A DNA stretch of 64,000 nucleotides from the NCBI GenBank assembly GCA_963704115.1, contig CAVPGY010000007.1, positions 120,142-184,141 on the forward strand, given 5' to 3'. Under the pieces are notes generated by a model, which made no database searches, was not told where the DNA came from, and worked only from the letters and a program-made list of their open reading frames with translations. This document shows, in pieces, positions 43,610 to 53,530 of this stretch (the stretch's first letter is position 1; each line of letters begins with the position of its first letter). A program made the position numbers and the translations under genes. This DNA comes from an uncultured Chloroflexia bacterium. GTDB taxonomy: Bacteria; Chloroflexota; Limnocylindria; QHBO01.

Positions 43610-43834
43610 TCATGCGCGGGAGCGCGCGTGGGGGTGGGTCAGCGCAACCGCCTCAAGCAGTCGCTTCGATACGGCCGCCACGTCGGCGACGGCGGCCGCG
43701 AAAGCCTCCTCGTTGGCGCTGGACGGCTTCCGGTAGCCGCTCACCTTGCGCACGTACTGGAGCGCGGCGGCGGTGATCTCGTCGTCGCTGGCGGGGGTGG
43801 GACCGGTGCGGAGGGTCTTGATGCTTCGGCACAT
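43610..43834 (-). CDS. DUF2277-family small protein
   Basis: MCRSIKTLRTGPTPASDDEITAAALQYVRKVSGYRKPSSANEEAF matches DUF2277. Confidence 0.6.
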   Translation of the reverse strand: MCRSIKTLRTGPTPASDDEITAAALQYVRKVSGYRKPSSANEEAFAAAVADVAAVSKRLLEAVALTHPHARSRA

Positions 43835-43853
43835 GCCGCGGAGCATACGCCGA

Positions 43854-44501
43854 TCAGGCGTCGAGGAGCTCCTCGAGCGAGTCGATGATGCGATCGGCGG
43901 CCGAGACATCGGTCTCGGCGAACTGCGGGACGCCGATGACCGTCAGCCCTGCCGCCTTGGCCGCCGCGACTCCCGAGGCGGAGTCCTCGAGCGCAAGGGC
44001 GTCGGCAGGGTCCACGCCGAGACGTCGGCAGGCCAGGAGGTAGATGTCGGGCGCCGGCTTGGCATGCTCGACATCGTCGGAGGTGATGATGACCTCGAAG
44101 ACATCGGCCATGCCGGCCGTGGCGAGCGCATCGTCGACGAGGTAGCGCGGCGAGTTCGAGGCGAGGCCGAGGGCGACGCCATCGAGGTCGCTCAGGCGGG
44201 CAACGAGCTCCACGGCGCCCGGACGAGCGTCGACGGCCCGCCGCACGAACCCGTGCATCACCTCGAGCATCTCCGATACGAGCGCCGGCCCCTGCTCCCG
44301 GGGCAGCCCCAGCCGGTCGGCGAAGTAGATCGAAGTGTGCTCGTAGCTGGTGCCGATGACGGCCATCTTGTCGTCCCACGTGAACTCGCCGTCGTGGCGT
44401 CGGAACAGCTCGACCTCGGCCTCGTGCCACAGCGTCTCGGTGTCGAGCAGCAGGCCGTCCATGTCGAAGATGACGGCGGCATAGCGACCGGTGAGGGGCA
44501 C
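43854..44501 (-). CDS. HAD-superfamily hydrolase (beta-phosphoglucomutase-like subfamily IA)
   Basis: Motif I AVIFDMDGLLLDTE, and motifs III/IV ..HAKPAPDIY.. and ..LALEDSASGVAAAKAAG. Confidence 0.85.
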   Translation of the reverse strand: MPLTGRYAAVIFDMDGLLLDTETLWHEAEVELFRRHDGEFTWDDKMAVIGTSYEHTSIYFADRLGLPREQGPALVSEMLEVMHGFVRRAVDARPGAVELVARLSDLDGVALGLASNSPRYLVDDALATAGMADVFEVIITSDDVEHAKPAPDIYLLACRRLGVDPADALALEDSASGVAAAKAAGLTVIGVPQFAETDVSAADRIIDSLEELLDA

Positions 44502-44504
44502 GGG

Positions 44505-45716
44505 TCAGGCGGGCTCCCCGAAGAAGGAGCCACCGGTCATGGCGAGCGCGCGCAGGAGCGGGGTCACCCGGTAGCGACCATCCGGCACCGCGGCATGGAG
44601 CGCGTCCAGCGTGTGGACCACGGACGCCAGGCCGATCCGCTCGCCCCATGCAACCGGGCCTTCCGGCCAGTTCGACGCGAGGCGCATCGCGACGTCGATC
44701 GCGTGAGGAGCCGCGACGCCGTCGGCCACCGCCGAGGCTGCCTCGTTGACGATCGTCGCCAGCACCCGCGCTCCGATCTGCGCCATGTCGATCGCGGGCA
44801 GCGATGGCGCCTCCGGGGGGCGCTGGAGCAGCGCCGGCCACGGATTCCCGCGCGAGCCGTCGTCCGCGTAGTCGTAGTACCCGGCCTCGGACTTCCGTCC
44901 GAGCCGCCCGGCGTCGACGACGCGACGTTGCACCTGGGCGGGCCGATAGCGCGGGTCGCCGTAGAACCCCTCGAAGATGGAAGTCCCCGCGGCCAGGTTG
45001 ACGTCGGTCCCCACCACGTCGGCGAGCTCGAACGGACCGAGGCGGAAGCCGAGCTGGCGCATCGCGTCGTCGATGGCCGGCACGTCGGCGACGCCCTCCT
45101 CGAAGATGCGGAACGCTTCGAGGTAGAGCGCCCGCTGCACGCGGTTGACGATGAAGCCGGGGGTATCGGCCGCCGTGACCGGCGTCTTTCCCAGGCGCCG
45201 CGCGAGGGTCGCCAGGCGATCGACGACGTCGGGCGAGGTCATGGGGCCGGGGATGACCTCCACGAGCGCCATCAACGGCACCGGGTTGAAGAAGTGCATG
45301 CCGGCCACCCGCTCCGGGTGCCGGGTGGCGCCGGCGATCTGCGCGATCGACAGCGAGCTCGTGTTCGAGGCCAGGATCGTGCCCGGGGCCGCATCGGCGT
45401 CCAGGCTCCGGAAGGCGTCACGCTTGAGCTCGAGCTCCTCGGGGATGGCCTCGACGATGGCGTCCGCCCGGGCAAGCTCGCCGAGCTTGGTGATCGGGCG
45501 GATGCGACTGCGAGCGGCGGCGGCATCGGCTTCGGTGAGCTGACCCTTCTCCGCCTTGCGGCGCAGAAAGCCGCCGATGCGTTCGAGCGCACGCTCGGAC
45601 GCGCCGTCCACCGGATCGTGCAGGTGCACCTCGAGGCCCGCCTCGGCCGCGACCTGCGCGATGCCCGCGCCCATGACGCCCGCTCCGAGAACGCCGAAGG
45701 TCGCGATCTCCGTCAT
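44505..45716 (-). CDS. 3-hydroxyacyl-CoA dehydrogenase (3-hydroxybutyryl-CoA dehydrogenase-like, with C-terminal duplication)
   Basis: VLGAGVMGAGIAQV Rossmann motif, NTSSLS, HFFNPVPLMALVE and GFIVNR. 403 aa. Confidence 0.9.
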   Translation of the reverse strand: MTEIATFGVLGAGVMGAGIAQVAAEAGLEVHLHDPVDGASERALERIGGFLRRKAEKGQLTEADAAAARSRIRPITKLGELARADAIVEAIPEELELKRDAFRSLDADAAPGTILASNTSSLSIAQIAGATRHPERVAGMHFFNPVPLMALVEVIPGPMTSPDVVDRLATLARRLGKTPVTAADTPGFIVNRVQRALYLEAFRIFEEGVADVPAIDDAMRQLGFRLGPFELADVVGTDVNLAAGTSIFEGFYGDPRYRPAQVQRRVVDAGRLGRKSEAGYYDYADDGSRGNPWPALLQRPPEAPSLPAIDMAQIGARVLATIVNEAASAVADGVAAPHAIDVAMRLASNWPEGPVAWGERIGLASVVHTLDALHAAVPDGRYRVTPLLRALAMTGGSFFGEPA

Positions 45717-46504
45717 CGGCCGCGGAACACCGGGTCGCGCTTGTCGCCGAAGGCGGCGACCCCCTCCGCGTGGTCCTCGGTGCCACCCGCGACCTGCTGG
45801 AGCGCGGCCTCGGCGGCCAGGGAGTCGGAGAGGCTCGCATCCTCGGCAGCGGCGATGAGGCGCTTCGTCAGGCCAATGGCGCGCGTCGGGCCGGATGCCA
45901 GCCGCTCGGCCAGCTCGCGCGCCGCGTCCGCGAGGCGATCGCCCGGGACGACCGCGGCCACGAGCCCCGCCGCGTGCGCCTCGGCGGCGCCCAGCTGTCG
46001 CTCACCCATCAGCACCTCGAATGCGCGATGGCGGCCGACCGCCCGGACCAGCGTGCGGGTCAGGCCAGAGTCGGGCACCAGCCCGATGCGATGAAACGCG
46101 GGCACGAACCGGGCCTCCTCCGACGCGACCACGAGGTCGGCGGCGAGGGCGAGGCTCAGACCGGCGCCAGCGGCCACGCCGTTGACGGCGGCGATGACCG
46201 GCTTCGGCAGGGCGCGGATCGCCTCGATCAGCGCGTTGTACTCGTCGGTGAGGACCCGGCGGAACTCGCGCTCGCCGCTGCCGGCGCGCAGGTCGGCACC
46301 GGCGCAGAAGGCGCGGCCCGCGCCGGTGATCACCACCGCTCGGACCTCTGCGTCGCGGCTGGCGGCCTTCACCGCGGCCAGGAGCTCGCTGCGGAGTTCG
46401 GCCGTCAGGGCGTTGAGCGCGTCGGGACGATTGAGCACCAGCGTGGTCACGCCACGCTCCGTGGCGGCGGCGAGCACCCCGTCCGTCGATGGATCGGTCA
46501 TCGG
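45713..46504 (-). CDS. Enoyl-CoA hydratase/isomerase (crotonase) family protein
   Basis: RAFCAGADL, VIAAVNGVAAGAGLSLALAADLVVASEEARF. Start taken at MTDPSTDG. Confidence 0.85.
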   Translation of the reverse strand, partial: PMTDPSTDGVLAAATERGVTTLVLNRPDALNALTAELRSELLAAVKAASRDAEVRAVVITGAGRAFCAGADLRAGSGEREFRRVLTDEYNALIEAIRALPKPVIAAVNGVAAGAGLSLALAADLVVASEEARFVPAFHRIGLVPDSGLTRTLVRAVGRHRAFEVLMGERQLGAAEAHAAGLVAAVVPGDRLADAARELAERLASGPTRAIGLTKRLIAAAEDASLSDSLAAEAALQQVAGGTEDHAEGVAAFGDKRDPVFRGR

Positions 46505-46584
46505 ATGGATTGTACGGGGCGGAGACGAGGAAGCGCCCGGGGCCGGGACCGGCACCGGGCGCAATGGGGCGTGTGGATGGGGCG

Positions 46585-46851
46585 TCAGGTGGTGCTGCGT
46601 CGCCCCGTGATCATCTGCCAGACGACGACCACGACCACCGCACCGACGATGGCGGCGACGAGCGTGCCGACGTTGAAGCCGGTGATCCACTCCTCGCCGG
46701 TCACCGTGCCGAAGATGAAGCCGCCCACCAGGGCGCCGACGATGCCCACGATGATCGTCCCGATCACGCCGTAGCCCTCGTCACCGGGCACGAGCTTGCC
46801 AGCGACCCAGCCGGCGATGGCGCCCACGATCAACCAGATGATGATTCCCAT
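46585..46851 (-). CDS. GlsB/YeaQ/YmgE-family (transglycosylase-associated) membrane protein
   Basis: MGIIIWLIVGAIAGWVAGKLV..GVIGTIIVGIVGALVGGFIFG is the family signature. Confidence 0.8.
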   Translation of the reverse strand: MGIIIWLIVGAIAGWVAGKLVPGDEGYGVIGTIIVGIVGALVGGFIFGTVTGEEWITGFNVGTLVAAIVGAVVVVVVWQMITGRRSTT

Positions 46852-47012
46852 GCGAGTCCTCCGATACCCTCCAACAGATTGACGGGTGCGCGTGCGGCGC
46901 CCCGGCGACGCAACTGCACATTCCGTTCCCGCGGGTCAGAGATGCCGCCACTGCGAGGGTACGTCGCACGAACGGGCGCGCGCGCGGATATCCCGCGCAA
47001 GGGCTCGGTCGC

Positions 47013-47972
47013 TCACCGCACGAGCCACGCGAAGAGCCCGACGTCGGCCATGCCGGCCGCCAGGTAGAGCTGATGGGCCACGGCGCGCTGGTGGCCGCTC
47101 TCGAGCGCGACGGCGTAGGCCCCGCGGCGAACCGCCTCCTCGAATGCGGCTTCGAGCAGCGCTGCGCCGATCCCGCGCCCGCGGGCGGCATCAGTGACGA
47201 TCAGGTCCGGGATCCACCCCTGCGGCGTGGCGGTGAAGAAGGGCTGGCGAAACTCGAGGCTGACAAAGCCGCACGGGGCGCCATCCGACAGCGCCAGCAG
47301 CGAGCCGGTGTCGGCCCGCGCGACGTGCTGGGTGTACGTGCGCCGCAACGCCGGCAGCTGATCGTCGCTCGGTGACGGGCGGCCCAGCTCGGCGAGGAGG
47401 CGAGTGACCGCCGCGAAGTCGGCATCGTCGTCGACGACCGGCCGGATCTCCACGCCCGACTGCGGCCGGATCCCCCGCGTCCGCACCGGGCCGATCTCGA
47501 AGTACTTCCCCTGGTCGACGAATCCGGCCGCCGCGTACAGGGCGCGCGCGGCCGTCCGCTCGTAGGCCACCTCGAGCTCCATGCGGTGGGAGCCGCGCAG
47601 CCGCCACTCGGCAATGACCGCGGCCAGCAGCGCGCGGCCGATCCCCCGCCCCCGGAAGCCCTCGCGCACGACCAGGTCGCTGATCCAGCCCTCGAAGGTT
47701 GCGTGGTTCAACCGGCGCCGGAATCGGAAGCCGATGAACCCGGCCACCTCGCCGTCGGCGATCGCCACGAACGGGGCGGCGTCGGGGTCGTTGACGAGTG
47801 CGTCGTACGCTGGCCGGTACGGCTCGGGATCGGCATCCGGGAGGTCGTAGAGCTCACGGGCCAGGGCCAGCGCATCGGCGAAGTCGTCGCGGCCCAGGGG
47901 ACGGATCTCGACGCCCTCCGGGCGCGGCGACGAGAGGCCGCCGACCGGGCGGTCCGGGTTGCCGAGGTTCAT
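47013..47972 (-). CDS. Tandem GNAT N-acetyltransferase
   Basis: Two acetyl-CoA-binding motifs (FRGRGIGRALL; ARGRGIGAALL) in two ~150-aa halves. Confidence 0.8.
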   Translation of the reverse strand: MNLGNPDRPVGGLSSPRPEGVEIRPLGRDDFADALALARELYDLPDADPEPYRPAYDALVNDPDAAPFVAIADGEVAGFIGFRFRRRLNHATFEGWISDLVVREGFRGRGIGRALLAAVIAEWRLRGSHRMELEVAYERTAARALYAAAGFVDQGKYFEIGPVRTRGIRPQSGVEIRPVVDDDADFAAVTRLLAELGRPSPSDDQLPALRRTYTQHVARADTGSLLALSDGAPCGFVSLEFRQPFFTATPQGWIPDLIVTDAARGRGIGAALLEAAFEEAVRRGAYAVALESGHQRAVAHQLYLAAGMADVGLFAWLVR

Positions 47973-48766
47973 CGGCCGGTGAAGTCGGGGCTGCGCTTCT
48001 CGAGGAAGGCGGCCATTCCCTCCTTCTGGTCCTCGCTGGCGAACAGCAGGTAGAAGAGCCGGCGCTCGTGGGCCAGCGCATCGGTCAGGCTCATCTCGTA
48101 GGCGGCGTTGACCGCCTCCTTGGCGAGGCGCAGCGCGATCGGCGACTTGGTGGCCATGGTCGCCGCCAGCGCCAGGGCGTCGTCCACCACGACCTCGTCC
48201 TGCGTGACGACGGCCACCAGGCCCGCCGCCTCCGCCTCACGGGCCGTGATCGGCTCCCCGGTGAGCACCATGCGCATCGCCTTCCCCTTGCCGGTGGCGC
48301 GCGTCAGCCGCTGCGTCCCGCCGGCGCCGGGAATGACGCCGATGCTGATCTCCGGCTGCCCGAATTTCGCGCCCTCGCCCGCCACGATCAGGTCGAGCGT
48401 CATGGCCAGCTCGCAGCCGCCGCCGAGGGCCCAGCCGTTGACGGCCGCGATCACCGGCTTGGTGATCCGGCGGATGCGATCCCACTGCCCGATGCGGTTC
48501 GTGAGCAGCAGCTCGATGGGCGTCGCGGTCGCCATCTCGCCGATGTCGGCGCCCGCCGCGAATGCCCGCTCGTTGCCGGTCACCACGATCGCGCGGACCG
48601 CGTCGTCGCGGTCGAGCTCCTCCAGCGCGACGCAGAGGGCATCCATGACCGCGCCGTTCAGCGCATTCAGCTGCTTCGGCCGGTTGAGCCGCACGAGGGC
48701 GGTGCGCTGCTCCGCCTGGCGCTCGACGAGGACGAGCTCCTCGTGACTCACTGCGTCTTCTCCCAC
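47969..48766 (-). CDS. Enoyl-CoA hydratase (crotonase)
   Basis: RAFAAGADI, VIAAVNGWALGGGCELAMTLDLIVAGEGAKFGQPE. GTG start (VSHEELV) chosen over the longer ORF. Confidence 0.85.
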   Translation of the reverse strand: MGEDAVSHEELVLVERQAEQRTALVRLNRPKQLNALNGAVMDALCVALEELDRDDAVRAIVVTGNERAFAAGADIGEMATATPIELLLTNRIGQWDRIRRITKPVIAAVNGWALGGGCELAMTLDLIVAGEGAKFGQPEISIGVIPGAGGTQRLTRATGKGKAMRMVLTGEPITAREAEAAGLVAVVTQDEVVVDDALALAATMATKSPIALRLAKEAVNAAYEMSLTDALAHERRLFYLLFASEDQKEGMAAFLEKRSPDFTGR

Positions 48767-49707
48767 GGATTCGGAAGCGCGGTCCCACACTCGGCACAGA
48801 ACTTCGCGGTCGCCGAGAGCCCGCTCGTGCCGCACGACGCGCAGGTCACACCCGCGCCCGCCTGCTGGCGGCGCAGCTCGGCGAAGCGCGGCCGTCGCTT
48901 TTCGTGGAAGGCGTCGACCGCCTCCTTCGTCTCGTCGGCGGTGGAGTGGACGGCGAGCCAGTCCCGAGCGTGCTGCACCGTCTGTGACCACACGAGGTCA
49001 CGCCACCAGTTCAGCTGGGTCTTGGTGTACCGGATCGTCTCCGGCAGCTTCCGGGCAAGGTTCTCGGCCAGCGCGGCGACCTCGGCGTCCAGGCGGTCCC
49101 GAGGCACGACCCGGGTCACCAGCCCCCACTCCAGCGCCTGCTGCGGGGTGATCTGCTCGCAGAGCATCACGATCTCGCGAGCGCGGCGATCGCCCACCAC
49201 GATCGGCAGCCACTGCGTCGCGCCGCCGGCCGGCACCGAGCCGTGCTCGGGCCCGACGTGGCGGATGTAGGTGTCGTCGACGATCACCGACAGGTCGCAG
49301 GCGAGCTGGAGCTCCTGGCCGCCGCCGACGCAGACGCCGTTGATGCGCGCGATGGTCGGCTTCCCGATCTGGCGCAGCTTGTCGTGCATCTCGATGAAGG
49401 CACCCATCCAGCGCCAGTACTGGCCGGAGGTCGAGCCCATCGCCGCCTGCTCGTCGAGATCCGCACCGGTGCAGAAGGCCCGATCGCCGGCGCCGGTGAC
49501 CACCACCACCGCCACCGAGTCGTCCCACGAGGCCTGCTCGAAGGCACGCGCGAGCTCGCGCATGGTCGGGAAGTCGAGGGCGTTCAGCACGTCCGGGCGG
49601 TCGATGGTGACCGTCGCCACGCCCACATCGGCATCGCGGACGTAGCGGATGTGCTCGAAGCCGAGGGCCTCGGGGTCGATCGCCATGGGCGAGCCGGGCT
49701 CAGGCAT
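48748..49707 (-). CDS. Enoyl-CoA hydratase/isomerase-family protein with C-terminal double zinc-ribbon
   Basis: Crotonase core (RAFCTGADL, IARINGVCVGGGQELQLACDLSVIVDDTYI) plus the tail ..GVTCASCGTSGLSATAKFCAECGTALPNPWEKTQ (CxxC..CxxC). Confidence 0.75.
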   Translation of the reverse strand: MPEPGSPMAIDPEALGFEHIRYVRDADVGVATVTIDRPDVLNALDFPTMRELARAFEQASWDDSVAVVVVTGAGDRAFCTGADLDEQAAMGSTSGQYWRWMGAFIEMHDKLRQIGKPTIARINGVCVGGGQELQLACDLSVIVDDTYIRHVGPEHGSVPAGGATQWLPIVVGDRRAREIVMLCEQITPQQALEWGLVTRVVPRDRLDAEVAALAENLARKLPETIRYTKTQLNWWRDLVWSQTVQHARDWLAVHSTADETKEAVDAFHEKRRPRFAELRRQQAGAGVTCASCGTSGLSATAKFCAECGTALPNPWEKTQ

Positions 49708-50008
49708 CGGCCTCGTCGGGTGCGATGAAGAGGGTCACGCCCGCGCCGGCGAAGTTGCGGAGGTCCTTTGCCGACTCGGCGCCGGGCTCCGACATCAGCG
49801 CCGCCTGGAGATCGGCCGCGGTGTCGAAGACCATCTCCGCCATCAGGTGGTACGGCGCCTCGCGGCCGCCGACGCCGGCGGGCTTGGAGAGCCGAACGTC
49901 CCGCACCTTCGGGTAGCGAGCGACGATCCCGGCATGGACGTCACGGTAGTGCGCGTCGAAGGCCTCGGGATCCTCGGGGACGTTGTACAGGGCGATGAGG
50001 CGCGGCAT
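49700..50008 (-). CDS. EthD-family (dimeric alpha/beta-barrel) protein
   Basis: MPRLIALYNVPEDPEAFDAHYRDVHAGIVARYPKVRDVRLS matches TIGR02118-like EthD proteins. Confidence 0.7.
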   Translation of the reverse strand: MPRLIALYNVPEDPEAFDAHYRDVHAGIVARYPKVRDVRLSKPAGVGGREAPYHLMAEMVFDTAADLQAALMSEPGAESAKDLRNFAGAGVTLFIAPDEADA

Positions 50009-50011
50009 CGG

Positions 50012-50281
50012 CTACTGCTTGAAGTAGTCGGCGTTGATCTGGATGTACTTCTGCTGGTCGTCCGGGACGGCGTCCTCGGCGAAGATCGCGGTGACCGGGC
50101 ACTCCGGCTCGCACGCTCCGCAGTCGATGCACTCGTCCGGGTCGATGAAGAACATCGCATCGTCGTCCGTCGCGTGGATGCAGTCGACCGGGCAGACGTC
50201 GACGCAGCTTGCATCCTTGACGCCGATGCAGGGCTCGGTGATGACATAGGTCATTGGCTTGCGAAGTCCTTCGTGCTCACA
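50012..50281 (-). CDS. 7Fe-type ferredoxin ([3Fe-4S][4Fe-4S])
   Basis: MTYVITEPCIGVKDASCVDVCPVDCIH..DECIDCGACEPECPV. Start at MTYVI; the longer ORF upstream is low-complexity. Confidence 0.85.
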   Translation of the reverse strand, partial: CEHEGLRKPMTYVITEPCIGVKDASCVDVCPVDCIHATDDDAMFFIDPDECIDCGACEPECPVTAIFAEDAVPDDQQKYIQINADYFKQ

Positions 50282-50517
50282 GGGGCTTCGGGAGTCGCGG
50301 TCGAGTCTACACCGATGCCGGCCGGCCGGACTCGGGTGCGGCCGCTCCCCGTCCGAGCACGTCGGCGGCGGCACACGCGGCGCGATGGGCGCGCGACGCC
50401 CGCGCTGTCCGAGCAATGACCGGCGGCGCGTCCGGCCGCCGCTAGCGAGGTGCCTGCCAGCCTCCTAGGCTCTGGCAGTCGGTGGAGGGAGCCACCAGGC
50501 ACAAGGAGTCGAAGGTC

Positions 50518-50865
50518 ATGAATCCAGGAACGCTCACCACCGTCGCGCGCACCAGCGCCGTCGTCATCGTGATCATCGTTGCGGCGGCCCTCGGCCTTCT
50601 CGTCGGCGACGCCCTCCGAGATCGCGACGCATCCACGCTGAACGCCGGCTACCCGGCCGGATGGTCGGGCGGCGCCGCCGTCCCTGTCTCGCGCACCGCC
50701 GATGCGTCGTTCTCGCTCGACGCCATCTCCGCGATCGCGGCGATCCGCGACTCGAGCGCGGCGTCGGCCGCCGCCGCCGAGGACTACCCGGACTACCCGC
50801 TTCGCCATCCCGCAGCGCCGAAGCAGGCGCCGAAGACGAGCCCGAGCGGCGCCACGCTCGAGTGA
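50518..50865 (+). CDS. Small membrane-anchored hypothetical protein
   Basis: AAGGAG RBS 8 nt before the ATG at 50518. One TM helix (AVVIVIIVAAALGLLVG) and an Ala/Ser-rich tail. Confidence 0.5.
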   Translation: MNPGTLTTVARTSAVVIVIIVAAALGLLVGDALRDRDASTLNAGYPAGWSGGAAVPVSRTADASFSLDAISAIAAIRDSSAASAAAAEDYPDYPLRHPAAPKQAPKTSPSGATLE

Positions 50866-50954
50866 CGCGGGCCGTCCGCACCGCGAAGGCCTCGGACCGG
50901 GGGGACGAGGCCTTCGCCCACGCCTGCGGCATTCCGGCCGGGTAGGATGAGCCG

Positions 50955-51842
50955 GTGAAGAAGCTCACCGAGGTCGGCCGCCGGCCGCTCATCCCCGCCG
51001 TCGTCACTCCGCTCAGCCCCGATGGAATCGGCCTCGACCTGGAGGCCATCGCGCCATACGGGGCATTCCTCGAATCGCATGGCGCCGACGGCGCCTTCGT
51101 GTGCGGCACGACGGGCGAGGGCGTGCTCCTCGGCATCCCCGAGCGCCGCGCGGTGGTGGAGGCGTTTCGGCGCGCGCTATCCGGCGCGCTCGTCGTCCAC
51201 GCCGGCGCCCAGACGACGGCCGACACCGTCGCCCTGGCGCGGCACGCGACCGAGATCGGGGCCGATGCGGTCGCCGTCATCCCGCCGCCGTACTTCCCGC
51301 TCGACGCCGATGCGCTCACCGCGCACTTCGTGGCCGCCGCCCGCGCCGCGGCCCCGCTCCCCTTCTACTGCTACGCCTTCGCACCTCGCTCGGGCTACCC
51401 GCTGCCGGTCGAGGTCATTCGCCGCATCGGCGCATCGGTCGACAACCTGGCGGGCCTGAAGGTGAGCGAGTCGCCGTTCGAGCGCGTCGAGCCGTATCTC
51501 GAGCTGGGGCTGCCGGTGCTCATCGGAAACGAGCCGCTCCTGCCCGCCGGGATCGCCCGCGGAGCGATCGGCACCGTCTCCGGCATGGCGTCGGCCTTCC
51601 CGGACGTGGTCCGCGAGGCGCTCGACGCGGCCGACGAAGCGGCCGGAGCCCGGCTGCTTTCGCTGCGCACGGCCATGGAGGCGAGTGGCCAGTTCATCGC
51701 CGCCGCCAAGCACGTGCTCGGCATGCGCGATGTCCCGGTGAGCGGTGGCATGCGTGCCCCGCTGCGCAGCCTCACCGCCGCGGAGGCGGCCGAGCTGGAG
51801 ACGGCGGTGGCCGGCTTCCTGGTCCCCGCCTCCGCGCACTAG
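50955..51842 (+). CDS. DapA-family (dihydrodipicolinate synthase/N-acetylneuraminate lyase-like) class I aldolase
   Basis: IPAVVTPLSPDG, GADGAFVCGTTGEGVLL, Schiff-base Lys context NLAGLKVSE. GTG start. Confidence 0.75.
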   Translation: MKKLTEVGRRPLIPAVVTPLSPDGIGLDLEAIAPYGAFLESHGADGAFVCGTTGEGVLLGIPERRAVVEAFRRALSGALVVHAGAQTTADTVALARHATEIGADAVAVIPPPYFPLDADALTAHFVAAARAAAPLPFYCYAFAPRSGYPLPVEVIRRIGASVDNLAGLKVSESPFERVEPYLELGLPVLIGNEPLLPAGIARGAIGTVSGMASAFPDVVREALDAADEAAGARLLSLRTAMEASGQFIAAAKHVLGMRDVPVSGGMRAPLRSLTAAEAAELETAVAGFLVPASAH

Positions 51843-51852
51843 CCGGTCGCGT

Positions 51853-52944
51853 CTAGCCGGTCGCGAGCTCCGCGGCCGCCTGCTGGGCCCGGAGCGAGGC
51901 GTAGCCGGGCTTGATCTGCTCGTTGATGATCTTGAGCCGGCCGTCGAAGGGCCAGAACGCCGACTTCATCGCGTTGAGCGTCAGCCACTCCATGTCGTCG
52001 AGCCCGATCCCGAAGGCGCGGGACAGTGCGGCGAACTCGGACGACAGCGAGATTCCGCTCATCAGCCGGTTGTCGGTGTTGACGGTGACGCGGAAGCGCA
52101 GCCGCCGCAGCAGGTCGATGGGGTGCTCCTCGAAGCTCGGGGTCGCCCCGGTGTGCACGTTCGAGGTCGGGCACATCTCCAGCGGTACCCGGCGATCGCG
52201 GACGAACGATGCCAGGCGGCCGAGGGTGACCCGACCATCCGACCGCATGGTGATGTCGTCGACGATCCGCACCCCGTGGCCGAGACGCTCGGCGCCGCAC
52301 CACTGCAGCGCCTCCCAGATCGACGGAAGGCCGAAGGCCTCGCCGGCGTGGATGGTGAGGTGGAAGTTCTCGCGGGCGATGAGGTGAAAGGCGTCGAGAT
52401 GCCGCGTCGGCGGATAGCCGGCCTCCGGCCCTGCGATGTCGAAGCCGATGACGCCCGCGTCACGATGCCGGACCGCCAGCTCGGCGATCTCCACCGAGCG
52501 TGCCGCCTGGCGCATCGCGGTGATGATGAGCCCGACGGTGATGGGCCGGCCCTCCGCGCCTCGACGGAGGCCATCGAGCATCGCGGTCGTCGCCTCGTCG
52601 AGCGACAGGCCGCCATCGGTCAGGAGCTCCGGCGCCATCCGGACCTCGGCGTAGACGACGCCGTCGGCCGCGAGGTCCTCCACGCATTCGGCGGCGACGC
52701 GTTCGATCGCCTCGCGCGTCTGCATCACCGCCACCGTGTGGCGGAACCCCTCCAGATAGAGCTCGAGGGACTTGCGGTCGGCACCACTGGTGAACCAGGC
52801 CACCAGCTCGTCGGGATCGGTGGTCGGCAGCTCTCGGTACCCGCACTGGGCGGCGAGCTCGATGACCGTCGTCGGCCGAAGCCCGCCGTCCAGGTGGTCG
52901 TGGAGCAGGACCTTCGGGGCGCGCTGGATGGTGGCGAGGTCCAT
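51853..52944 (-). CDS. add: Adenosine deaminase
   Basis: [54 protein letters not shown] and [11 protein letters not shown] are Add motifs. 363 aa. Confidence 0.9.
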   Translation of the reverse strand: MDLATIQRAPKVLLHDHLDGGLRPTTVIELAAQCGYRELPTTDPDELVAWFTSGADRKSLELYLEGFRHTVAVMQTREAIERVAAECVEDLAADGVVYAEVRMAPELLTDGGLSLDEATTAMLDGLRRGAEGRPITVGLIITAMRQAARSVEIAELAVRHRDAGVIGFDIAGPEAGYPPTRHLDAFHLIARENFHLTIHAGEAFGLPSIWEALQWCGAERLGHGVRIVDDITMRSDGRVTLGRLASFVRDRRVPLEMCPTSNVHTGATPSFEEHPIDLLRRLRFRVTVNTDNRLMSGISLSSEFAALSRAFGIGLDDMEWLTLNAMKSAFWPFDGRLKIINEQIKPGYASLRAQQAAAELATG

Positions 52945-52952
52945 GACGCGCC

Positions 52953-53294
52953 TCAGGCGTCCTCGGGGCCGAGCGCGGGACGGCCGGTCGATGCGGCGCC
53001 CGGCTCCTTGAGCTCAACGAAGATGACGTGCGTCTCGGTGTCGCCGATGTTCTCGCCGGCATGCTCCTGGGCCGCGAGCCATCGCACGAGACCGTCGGTC
53101 ATCTCGACGTCCGCTGATCGTTCGCCGTCGATCAGGCGGCGCCGGAACGTGCTGAGCGTGACCATCACGCTGTCCGGGTGGCCGTGCGGGGTGGTGCGGT
53201 CTCCGGGCCGATCTCGATACTCGAGTACGCGCACACGGTCGTTCTCGAAGATCACGCGATAGAGATCGGGGTTCGTTAGTGCGGGATCAAGTTC
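52953..53294 (-). CDS. Small cupin-domain protein
   Basis: [38 protein letters not shown]. Confidence 0.6.
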   Translation of the reverse strand, partial: ELDPALTNPDLYRVIFENDRVRVLEYRDRPGDRTTPHGHPDSVMVTLSTFRRRLIDGERSADVEMTDGLVRWLAAQEHAGENIGDTETHVIFVELKEPGAASTGRPALGPEDA

Positions 53295-53347
53295 CATGCG
53301 CCGCATGGTACCCCGCACGCGGCAGGCATCCTGCAACGGAGCGCGGC

Positions 53348-53530
53348 ATGAAACGACTGCTGCTGGTCCCGCTCATCGTCCTGGGGGCCGCCGCCTGCAC
53401 GCCCGAGGAGAACGAGGGCGGCCCTCCCGTCCCGGTCAGCGGAGCGAGGCGCCGCTCCACGACGACGCGGTCGGCCCGAGCGAGGAACAGGAGCCGCTCG
53501 ATCCCTAGCGTTCGATCCGCCGCTCCCTAG
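53348..53530 (+). CDS. Small putative lipoprotein
   Basis: MKRLLLVPLIVLGAAAC lipobox. 60 aa with a low-complexity tail. Confidence 0.35.
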   Translation: MKRLLLVPLIVLGAAACTPEENEGGPPVPVSGARRRSTTTRSARARNRSRSIPSVRSAAP

